From contig CBDBDQ010000005.1 in NCBI GenBank assembly GCA_965203905.1, positions 7,040,001 through 7,104,000 on the forward strand: DNA of 64,000 nt, read 5' to 3'. This DNA is from Spirochaetia bacterium (lineage in GTDB: Bacteria > Spirochaetota > Spirochaetia > SZUA-6 > Bin103). Within the stretch, counting starts at the first letter, position 1, and each line of letters starts with the position of its first letter. Both the position numbers and the translations under genes were made by a program. Positions 1 through 7,667 of this stretch are shown one piece after another. The notes under the pieces are model-generated. The model was not told the origin of the DNA, searched no databases, and saw only the letters and a list, made by a program, of their open reading frames with translations.

Positions 1-446
1 TCCCAGAAGCAGTTGTAGCCACGGTTCGGATTGACCGCCACCGGCAGCGAATTGATCTGCCGGAACACCCCCCACCCCGACGCGAAGAAGTCGGCCACCG
101 GGCACTCCACCGACGGCGTCTCCTGGTGGTCCCAGTAGATGCGCAGGATGTAGAACCGCGCCCGCGGCCCCTGGCGGGAGATATCCCCCGACAGCCACAT
201 CGACTGAATCGCCCCGGGCCCGTCGATGTCGGCGATCGTATAGGTGGTTCCCGGCTCGATGATCACGCTGGGAGAGACCTTCCAGCCCTGACCGAGCTCA
301 CGCGCCGCCCGCGCGCCGGTCCCCTCGGTCGCCCTGCCGCCCTTCCCCTTCTCGCCGGTGGGGTTCTCCGCGGTGATCGACCGCGTCCTGGCCGCCGACA
401 GGCGCGGCAACGTTCCAAGACTCATTCCCAGGCCGCTGAAGCTCAT
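1..446 (-). CDS. DUF2961 / glycoside hydrolase family 172 protein (5' part; runs off the left window edge; absent from the ORF track)
   Basis: Manual translation MSFSGLGMSLGTLPRLSAARTRSITAENPTGEKGKGG...GWKVSPSV...GPGAIQSMW...LRIYWD...PSVECPVADFF is typical of DUF2961; GAGGAGG RBS upstream of ATG 446. Confidence 0.85.
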   Translation of the reverse strand, partial: MSFSGLGMSLGTLPRLSAARTRSITAENPTGEKGKGGRATEGTGARAARELGQGWKVSPSVIIEPGTTYTIADIDGPGAIQSMWLSGDISRQGPRARFYILRIYWDHQETPSVECPVADFFASGWGVFRQINSLPVAVNPNRGYNCFW

Positions 447-508
447 ACTGAAGACCTCCTCAAGGTTCCGTTACTTGGATCTTCGGCGACTGCCGGCATG
501 GCGCACAG
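431..508. repeat. Copy A of an imperfect ~78-bp direct repeat (GH172 upstream region, RBS and first 5 codons)
   Basis: ggccgctgaagctcatactgaagacctcctc...tgccggcatggcgcacag aligns by eye with 4552-4626. Confidence 0.9.
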
Positions 509-609
509 GGCCAACTTCCGATTACGTGGAGGTAGCGTGTCCCGCCGCCACCGGCCGCAGCTCACTGAAAGTGCTCGGATCGTCACGCCATCCTCCCCAG
601 GAACGAACC

Positions 610-2823
610 TCAGGCAGGCGGATGCCGTGGAGGAGCGTCAGCCGACACCATCCTCGCATTGATTTGCTCGATGATATCGTCGGCGACTTCCATTACTTCG
701 ACCGGAGCCCGAACCGCCTCGCCCGCCCGTCTGCGCAGAGCAACCACCAGCGGTGACAGCTCATCGGATTTCTTCTCGTCACTCATCACGATCTCGAGGA
801 GTGCTCGTTCCCGGCAACCGGATGCCGTCAGATCGATCATAATCCCTATTATGTCCTCCAGCGTAGCCTCTGAGCCGTGAAGGTGGGCGGCGTAGAAGTT
901 GCGGAATGCTTCGATGGCATCGTTGCGCTTCCCCTGAAGAAGTAGTGCTTTCGTCCTCATCCACATTGCCCTCTGTCGGAACCTGACGTAGTGGTGGGAA
1001 TCAGGCGGCGACCTATATGCTCTTTCCAGTTCACCGCACGTGCGCAGAGCCTCTTCGGGCCGACCGAGGCGGATCAGTTCGATTCCTTTGTAGCTCAGAG
1101 CCATGGCCACGCGCTGTTGTAGTCCTGACGAGTCGCTGTCGCCGTAGCGGCTGACGAGTTGGTCATAGGTGGCGATTGCGGCCTCCGAGTCATCGAGTTG
1201 GCCTTGTCTGAATCCTTTGTTGACTAGAGCCTTGGCCACCGGCAGTTGGAGTTCTGGGGAGTCGCTGTCGCCATAGCGCGTGAGGAGTTGGTCATAGGTG
1301 GCGATTTCGGCGTTGATGTCGTCGAGTTGGCCTTGGGCCAAACCCTTGTTGAACAGAGCCTCGGCAACCATGGTCTGGGATTGCACCGAGTCGCTGGAAC
1401 CGAGCCTCTCGATCACTCTGTTGGCGGCTTCAAGAGCAGCTTTGAGATCGTCAGGTTTGTGACTCCTGGATTGTGGGTATTTGATTGCAGCCGCCTGATT
1501 GTGTGCCTGCTCGATAATCATAAGTGCCTCAGGCGAAATAACGCCGTCGCTCGGTGACACTTCAATCGCACGCTCCATTCCCTCGAGAATGGAAGGTGAC
1601 TGTGCAGCCTCCATACTCAGTTTTTTGGCCATCTGCGCCAGTTCCGATGCGCTGTAGAACACGGCCATGAAGCGAATCAGGTTGCTCACCACCGCGGCGG
1701 CGTCGCGTTCCCGCCTTAATTTGTAGTAGATGCCGTAGAGTCGCTCCGCTCCCGAATAGAGGCGCTTTCGGCCCCCGCCCTCCGCTATGACCGCACCGCG
1801 ATCGACAAGCCTTGAGAGCATGGTCGACACGGTTCGAACGTCAAGACGTGCGCGGGTGGTGATCTCCCTCGGTGTCGACGGCTGCCAGAGATCAAGGACG
1901 GCAAGATAAACGCGCCGCTCGGTCTTTGCGAAACCTTCGAGATGACTTCGAAAGTACTCGGTATGGTCGTCGATCAACCTCACCAGTTGTTCCATCAGTT
2001 GTCGCAGCGATCGACGTCGCGCGAAGTCGGCGACGAAGACGAGAAGCCGGGGACTGCCGCCGGTCAGGATCTGCAGAGGTCGTATCTCTCTCGCGGGCAC
2101 GTCGTCGCCGCTGACCACGCGCCACAGGCGTCGGGACTCCACGGTATCCAGGCGATCCAGGCGTTCGCTCCTGAACAGCTCGAAGAACGGCTGGTCCACG
2201 TCGTCCAATGCTTCGAAACGGCTGGTGGCGGTGGCCAGCAGCATGATTCGAGGTTCTGACTGGAGCGCCTCACGAAGCTTCCAGCCGAAATGATCGTCCA
2301 CGTCGGCGCACAGGTTCTGCAAGTTCTCGACCATGAACACTAGTTTCCTGCCCAATCGATCGGCCGCATCCAGTACGGCGGCTCGGGCTCGCGGTTCGGT
2401 CAATTCCTCGCCACGCATGCGAGCTGCGAGGGCGGCGTGCGTGTCCAGGAGTTCGCGACCGATCGGGGAGTCGCGTACCGCGCCCTCCCTCGCGAGATAG
2501 AACAGGCATTCCAGCCAGAAGTCCGTCATGTCGAAGATCTCGTGGCTGTCCTCCATGAAGCGAACGGGCAGCAAATGCTTGGCGAGACGAGCATTGGTCC
2601 GCAACTCCGCGGCAACGCGGGCCAGGAGCATTGTCTTCCCGCGGCCGCGAGGGGCGACGAGGAGCACGTGTTGGCAAGAGGAGGCTTCGACGTTCGTCTT
2701 CAAGACTTCGAGCACGATGGCCAGTTCTCGTTCCCTTACCACGAACTGCCGGATCACCTCGTCGTCGGATTGGAACGTTCCGGGATTGGCCTTGCGAATC
2801 GGGTGCTCGAACGAGTCACTCAT
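610..2823 (-). CDS. STAND-like AAA ATPase + winged-HTH + C-terminal TPR repeat protein
   Basis: Walker A APRGRGKT; Walker B-like LVFMVEN; wHTH-like PREITTRARLDVRTVSTMLSRLVDRGAV; 43-aa repeats VAxALxNKG..QGQLDD..A.IATYDQL..RYGDSDS. Confidence 0.85.
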   Translation of the reverse strand: MSDSFEHPIRKANPGTFQSDDEVIRQFVVRERELAIVLEVLKTNVEASSCQHVLLVAPRGRGKTMLLARVAAELRTNARLAKHLLPVRFMEDSHEIFDMTDFWLECLFYLAREGAVRDSPIGRELLDTHAALAARMRGEELTEPRARAAVLDAADRLGRKLVFMVENLQNLCADVDDHFGWKLREALQSEPRIMLLATATSRFEALDDVDQPFFELFRSERLDRLDTVESRRLWRVVSGDDVPAREIRPLQILTGGSPRLLVFVADFARRRSLRQLMEQLVRLIDDHTEYFRSHLEGFAKTERRVYLAVLDLWQPSTPREITTRARLDVRTVSTMLSRLVDRGAVIAEGGGRKRLYSGAERLYGIYYKLRRERDAAAVVSNLIRFMAVFYSASELAQMAKKLSMEAAQSPSILEGMERAIEVSPSDGVISPEALMIIEQAHNQAAAIKYPQSRSHKPDDLKAALEAANRVIERLGSSDSVQSQTMVAEALFNKGLAQGQLDDINAEIATYDQLLTRYGDSDSPELQLPVAKALVNKGFRQGQLDDSEAAIATYDQLVSRYGDSDSSGLQQRVAMALSYKGIELIRLGRPEEALRTCGELERAYRSPPDSHHYVRFRQRAMWMRTKALLLQGKRNDAIEAFRNFYAAHLHGSEATLEDIIGIMIDLTASGCRERALLEIVMSDEKKSDELSPLVVALRRRAGEAVRAPVEVMEVADDIIEQINARMVSADAPPRHPPA
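1100..1400 (-). repeat. Tandem 129-bp (43-aa) TPR-coding repeats
   Basis: Recurring DNA gagtcgctgtcgccrtagcg...gagttggtcataggtggcgat...tcgagttggccttg at about 1130-1206 and 1259-1335. Confidence 0.8.
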
Positions 2824-4058
2824 CGAGGCGCTCGCCGTTCGGCTGAAAAGGGCGGTGCGAGCGAAGCATGGTGATCACGATAGCGTGCAGACCACCAGTC
2901 CTTGAGCAATCGGGAGAGGAAGCGGTATCCGTCGTCGCACGCTTCCAGATAACCGTCGTGCATCAGGACGTCGAGCGCATCCGCGATACGGTCGCGCGCA
3001 TCGTCGACCAGAGTGGAGTGCCGGCGTTCGAGGTTGCGCCGCGCAGCCGCGGTGAATACCTCCTGGGTGGCGGCCTCGGCGAGGATCTCGACCGCGATGC
3101 GATGGGCCTCCTCTTCCAGTCCGTCGCGAAGGCGCGTTTCGTAATGCGCGAGATCGTTCGACCCGGAAGGACCGAGCAGTTCCTTGTGATATACCTCGTC
3201 TACGTCGCTTACGGAAAGCCGGTCGCGGCGCTGCATCGTCGCGAAGTCGCGGAGACGCGCGAAGAAAGACTGCAGATGTTGAGGAATCCCAAGTCCGAGG
3301 GCGTCGTATACCGCCTTGGGAACCGCTTCGTCGACGGCCAGGTCGTAGCTCTCTGCGAGGCGTTCGAAGCACGCGATGCAGGTGTCGTGGCTCCATGGGC
3401 CCAGACGAAAGGGATCGAGATGGTTGATGCGGTCAGGAGTGCCGAGCCGCGCTACCAGGGGTTGGAGGCCGATGCTGCCGGACACGATCAGAACCAGCGA
3501 GCCGTCGCCGAGGTCTTGCAGGACGCCGCGCAGCCAGCTCAGAAACCCGTCGACCTGGCGGGCGTGTGAGTCGCTCTTGAGTAGCCGGTTGAGGAAGATC
3601 GGCAGCTCGTCGATCACGAGGAGCACCGGCCTGTCGTAATGGGCGCAATCGTGGAGCAGTTGCTGTCCGTGACGCCGCCAGTTTCCGGGTTCCAAGCCTG
3701 ATCGGATCTTCACGCTGAAGTCGTAGGCAGTGATCTGCTCGATTCTGTCTTCCAGCCAGTGTCGCATCGTGGCGGCGAATCGGCGCGCGATCGGGCGAAT
3801 CGGATGTACCGCCTCCGCCATGCGGGCGATGACGTCTTCGGGAGAGATGGCGCCCTCGACGTTGACCGGGAGGAAGCCCCATCCCTGGGCTTCCAGTCTT
3901 CGGCCGAGCTCGCGGGCGAGGCTGGTCTTCTCCATGCGGCGCTGGCCGGTGAGCAGCGTATGGTTGAGGTCGCGGATACGGGTCTCCAGCGCCTTCAGTT
4001 CCTGCTCGCGGTCGAAGAAGTCGTCGCCGCTCACCCAGCGGCCTGTCGATGATTTCAC
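2820..4058 (-). CDS. P-loop AAA ATPase (ATPase_2/STAND-like) with a degenerate Walker A
   Basis: N-terminal FFDREQEL; Walker A GQRRMEKT (E where GKT expects G); Walker B LLVIDELP; SGS sensor; GTG 4058 with AGGAGG RBS; stop overlaps the next start (ATGA). Confidence 0.85.
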   Translation of the reverse strand: MKSSTGRWVSGDDFFDREQELKALETRIRDLNHTLLTGQRRMEKTSLARELGRRLEAQGWGFLPVNVEGAISPEDVIARMAEAVHPIRPIARRFAATMRHWLEDRIEQITAYDFSVKIRSGLEPGNWRRHGQQLLHDCAHYDRPVLLVIDELPIFLNRLLKSDSHARQVDGFLSWLRGVLQDLGDGSLVLIVSGSIGLQPLVARLGTPDRINHLDPFRLGPWSHDTCIACFERLAESYDLAVDEAVPKAVYDALGLGIPQHLQSFFARLRDFATMQRRDRLSVSDVDEVYHKELLGPSGSNDLAHYETRLRDGLEEEAHRIAVEILAEAATQEVFTAAARRNLERRHSTLVDDARDRIADALDVLMHDGYLEACDDGYRFLSRLLKDWWSARYRDHHASLAPPFSAERRAPR

Positions 4059-4135
4059 GGGATCCTCCTGAGAAACCACAGTTTCTTCCTTGATTGCGCC
4101 GGCCCGCGGGCCGGTAGGAAGCTCCTAACGGGCTG

Positions 4136-4165
4136 AGTATATTCATATTACAAAAACGTTGTCAA
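4136..4165 (-). promoter_or_regulatory. Sigma70-type promoter for the ATPase pair
   Basis: TTGACA-18 bp-TATACT on the minus strand in an AT-rich patch; nearby TACAA-N5-TTGTA palindrome at 4179-4193. Confidence 0.7.
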
Positions 4166-4387
4166 CGAATCTGTAGCTTACAAATCGGTTGTATCCGAGG
4201 GCCGACGACTTTCAGACTTCCAGACCTCAGGCAGAGTCAGGTGACACGTCGGGCCAGAGAGCAACCTGCCGGATGTCGCCGGTAGCCTCGAGGGTATGAA
4301 GTGCGCAGGCGTGGCGCAGGGCGTGTGGTGTGATGGCCTTGCGACCGAGTGCATCGCCGTGGGGCACCTCGTGGCGTTCGTCCTCGG

Positions 4388-4560
4388 CATGGTGCACCCC
4401 GTTTCGCGGCGCGCTGCTGACCGGACGCTACCCACACCAGACCGGGGTGGTGGCGAACGGGTGCCGGCTGGCGCCGGAGCTGCCCACGGTGGCCCACGCC
4501 TTCGCCGCCGCCGGCTACCACACCGCCTACGTCGGCAAGTGGAACCTGGACGGCCGCTGA
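4388..4560 (+). pseudogene. Internal fragment of a sulfatase gene (paralog of 25719-27152)
   Basis: WCTPFRGALLTGRYPHQTGVVANGC..PELPTVAHAF..AGYHTAYVGKWNLDG nearly matches the intact sulfatase; both termini missing. Confidence 0.9.
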
Positions 4561-4626
4561 AGCTCATGCTGAAGACCTCCTCGAAGATCCGTTACTTTAT
4601 TCGGCGGCTGCCGGCGTGGCGCACAG
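4552..4626. repeat. Copy B of the direct repeat; orphan GH172 start (MSFSG) plus RBS
   Basis: ggccgctgaagctcatgctgaagacctcctc...tgccggcgtggcgcacag. Confidence 0.9.
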
Positions 4627-4876
4627 CGCGCCTTCGGAATAAACAGGATTGCGCGATGTCGGTAAGAAAGTAGGCGCATACTTCCGGCCTCCAGCCATGG
4701 TGCTCCCGCTAACCGCATCTGTTCTCTTCGCGTTCGGTCCGTACGGTCAGTCGTGATGAGATCCGACGATGATGTGCTCACGCCGGTGCATGTGAGTCAG
4801 CACCGGCACTCCGTAAACGGAAGACCATGAAAGTCGATGCACGGGCATCGGCTGCTGGCCGGCATTTTCCGACCAG

Positions 4877-5961
4877 TCACGCCTTACTCTCCCGTTGTCC
4901 GGAAGTGTAGCGGTAGTCGAACACCGACGACGACCCACGCATCTCGCGAAACCACAATGTGGCGCTGGCGCCCATCGAGTCGGTCAGGCGGACCGCTTCG
5001 TCGATTTTGAGCTGCACCGGCTGCTGGAGCCCGTCGTTGATTGCCACGTTGTCAGCGGAGAGGTACGTACGGTCCAGGCTGTCCAGCAGGGGATTCAGGC
5101 GTCCGCGGATACCCGGCAGGTGCCCCGAGCGGTTGGCGATGATAAACGAGCCGCCGTCAGCCGCGGGTTTCATGCGCAGCTCAAGCGGTTCATCCGGCAG
5201 GTAGTCGTTCACCACCCGAGCCCGGTAGCCCGGTGCGGCGCACAGCATGGTCACCGGCAGCCGTGCGTACAGCTCGAAGTCCGCATGTCCGAACGCATCG
5301 GTGCGTACAGCACATGTATGCCCTGCAGAGGCTCGCCGGTTTCGTCATGAAGAATCTTGACGCGTGCCGCGATACCATCCGGCAAGGGCGGACTCGCCGC
5401 CGGCAGGACGAGGTTCGTCAGAATAATCTCGGCGGGATCGTTGGTACGCGAACTCGCGTAGCGCTGCCACAACTCCGGGCGCAAGCTGTTGACGCCGGTG
5501 TTGCCGACCACCTGCGTATCGGTGGCCCGACGGATTTCGTCGGGCTGCATTTGGCGCTTGCTATCGCCGCGCCGCCGGAAATAACCGCCGGGCGAACGAT
5601 GAACGGTGTCGCCGGCGGGTACCTCGACGAGCAGCACGCCCCCGCCGCCCGGTGGCAGGGCCGGCACCCGGTACAAGCTGAACTCCAGTGGCGGTTCGAC
5701 GCTGTCCGAACATACTTCGGTCACAAGACTCGCCAGCGCGTTCAGCCGCTCCGGTTCAAGCGACTGGCGCTCGCGATCGTTCGTGACGCCCAGGACGAGA
5801 CGGCCGCCACCGGAGTTGGCGAATGCCGCAAGCCCGTCCGCGAGTCCGTCCCGGTGAGGGGCAGAGACCTGTTTGCCGGGAAACCGAGCTTCCTTGAGCT
5901 CGAGACCGGTGTCTTCACCGAGCCGGACCTCTTCCCAGAACCGCTGGGCATCGATTGCCAT
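4877..5961 (-). pseudogene. Schlafen/AlbA_2 (RecG-like ATP-binding family) gene with internal deletion and frameshift
   Basis: LGEDTGLELKE...LADGLAAFANSGGGRLVLGVTND is the AlbA_2 motif; no HATPase-like middle domain follows; at ~5305 the frame shifts and VRTDAFGHADFELYARLPVTMLCAAPG continues into ORF 4877-5254. Confidence 0.75.
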
Positions 5962-6061
5962 CGCTTCTATCCTACCTGGCAGTCAGTCGGCTGACAGCCG
6001 GCCTCGCTCGGCATCGGTAGCCACGCAAGCGCCATGACACGGGAGGCGCCTGCAGCAGGCG

Positions 6062-7495
6062 TCAGCGCCAAGCGTAGCCGTACAGGTAGGCACCGCGCAT
6101 GGTGAGTCGGAGGGCGACGTTGGCGGCGGGACAGCGCGTGCCTCCGGCCCACTTGACCACAGCGCAGGTGTGGTCGCCGGTCAGCGGCGTGCACTCCTCG
6201 CGCCGGTATCCCTCCAGCGGCCGGCCGTCGCGCAGCAACTCGCAGGTGACCTGCCCGCCGGGCTTGGTTACCGCGTTGATGACCAGCTCGCGTCCGCGTA
6301 CGTCGGCCAGCGGCCTGGTGGTGAGCACGCCCTCGTGGCCGCCGCCCGCCGCCGACACCGCCGCCCACATGCGCCCCTTGCGCCAGGACGCGCGGCAGAA
6401 GGCGCCGTGGAACAGGTAGGCGGTCTCGTCGACGGAGTAGGTATCGCCATGCAGCCCCTCCAGCGCGCCGTAGAACAGCACCAGGTCGTCGCCATCCTCC
6501 ACCAGGGTCCGCGTGGGCCACAGCATGCCGCCGCCATAGTCGCCCAGGGGGGCCAGCGGCAGGCACGGGCGCCGTGCCGGACGCCACCAGCTCAGCGGCT
6601 CGCCGCTGGCCGATGCCGCAAACTGCAGGTCCATCTCCTGCAGGCGGCTGTGGTACACCGCCGTGAGGCCGATGAAGCCGTCCCCATACGGCTGTCTCCC
6701 CACCTCCATGATCTGGTCACCCTGGCTGTCGAGCCAGTCCGGCACCATGTTCAAGGCCGATGGCGTCCATACCCGCCCGTCCGCGCTGCGGCACTGAAAG
6801 GAGGCGCGACAGCCGCGTGGATCGACGTCATAGGGCGCCCAACCGCCCGGGTAGTTGGGTATGGAGGTCTTGTGATGGCTCACGTAGCTGCCATCCGGGT
6901 CCTTGTGCACCTGCAGGGTGTCGTCGCTGCGGATGTCGATCGGCCCGTGGTCCGGGCGCCAGTGGATGCCGTCGCGGGAACGGTAGCGGTACAGGCCGTA
7001 GCCGGCCGCGGCGCCGAACCCCGCCACCCGTCTCGCGGGGCACTTCCAGCTCGCATCGCGCAGGCAGAACATCTCGTAGGGTTCCTCGGGATGCGCCTCC
7101 GGATCGACGAACACCGAGGCGTACGTGGTGCGTCCGCCGGATTCGTAGTCGAAGACGATATTGGTACGCGGATAGCCCTCGTACGGGCACAGGTCCAGTT
7201 CCGGCCGGGTCCACTCTCGGCCATCCTCCGAGACCACGTGCACCAGGCGGAAATCGTGCTTGCCACGGGCATGATGCAGGTTCTCCTGCACCGCCACGAA
7301 CCAGCCTTTCCAGCGGCCGTCGATGGGGTCGCGGAGCACGGTGCCGTGGCCGGTGCAGGTAGACGCACTGTCCCAGGGGTAGCGCGGCTCCAGCAACACC
7401 TGGCAGTCACGGGCCTGCTCGATACGCCACGCAACGTTGCGACGCTGCTCGAAATCGTCGGCGTAAATGATCGGCGGATAGGTTTGGTAGTCCAT
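6062..7495 (-). CDS. Uncharacterised beta-propeller glycoside-hydrolase-like protein (GH32/GH-J-like), paralog 1
   Basis: EPRYPWD, GTVLRDP, S.DG..W.RPEL, SRDGIHW Asp-box-like motifs; C-terminal beta-sandwich-like GVLTTRP...L.INA...Y.F.W. Confidence 0.65.
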   Translation of the reverse strand: MDYQTYPPIIYADDFEQRRNVAWRIEQARDCQVLLEPRYPWDSASTCTGHGTVLRDPIDGRWKGWFVAVQENLHHARGKHDFRLVHVVSEDGREWTRPELDLCPYEGYPRTNIVFDYESGGRTTYASVFVDPEAHPEEPYEMFCLRDASWKCPARRVAGFGAAAGYGLYRYRSRDGIHWRPDHGPIDIRSDDTLQVHKDPDGSYVSHHKTSIPNYPGGWAPYDVDPRGCRASFQCRSADGRVWTPSALNMVPDWLDSQGDQIMEVGRQPYGDGFIGLTAVYHSRLQEMDLQFAASASGEPLSWWRPARRPCLPLAPLGDYGGGMLWPTRTLVEDGDDLVLFYGALEGLHGDTYSVDETAYLFHGAFCRASWRKGRMWAAVSAAGGGHEGVLTTRPLADVRGRELVINAVTKPGGQVTCELLRDGRPLEGYRREECTPLTGDHTCAVVKWAGGTRCPAANVALRLTMRGAYLYGYAWR

Positions 7496-7528
7496 CAGTC
7501 ACCTCTCGGCGGTGGATTCGGCGCAACG

Positions 7529-7599
7529 GATGTCGTGACATCGTAGCAGAGCCGGGCCCGGTCCGCATCCTTGACGGCGTACGGGGCCGGAGCTAATCT
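7529..7599 (+). promoter_or_regulatory. Sigma70 promoter of ABC operon 1 with an upstream palindrome
   Basis: TTGACG(7571-7576)-17 bp-TAATCT(7594-7599); GATGTC-GT-GACATC palindrome at 7529-7542. Confidence 0.6.
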
Positions 7600-7667
7600 G
7601 TCCTATTCACGGCCCGGGAGTGCGCGCCGTGTCTCCCGGGCTGGTACTACCGACCGAGGAGGTTGCC

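Noticed and set aside
5263-5311. 11-bp direct repeat GTGCGTACAGC near the Schlafen frameshift
   Set aside because: One copy coincides with the presumed deletion junction and may be coincidental; not interpretable without the parent allele.
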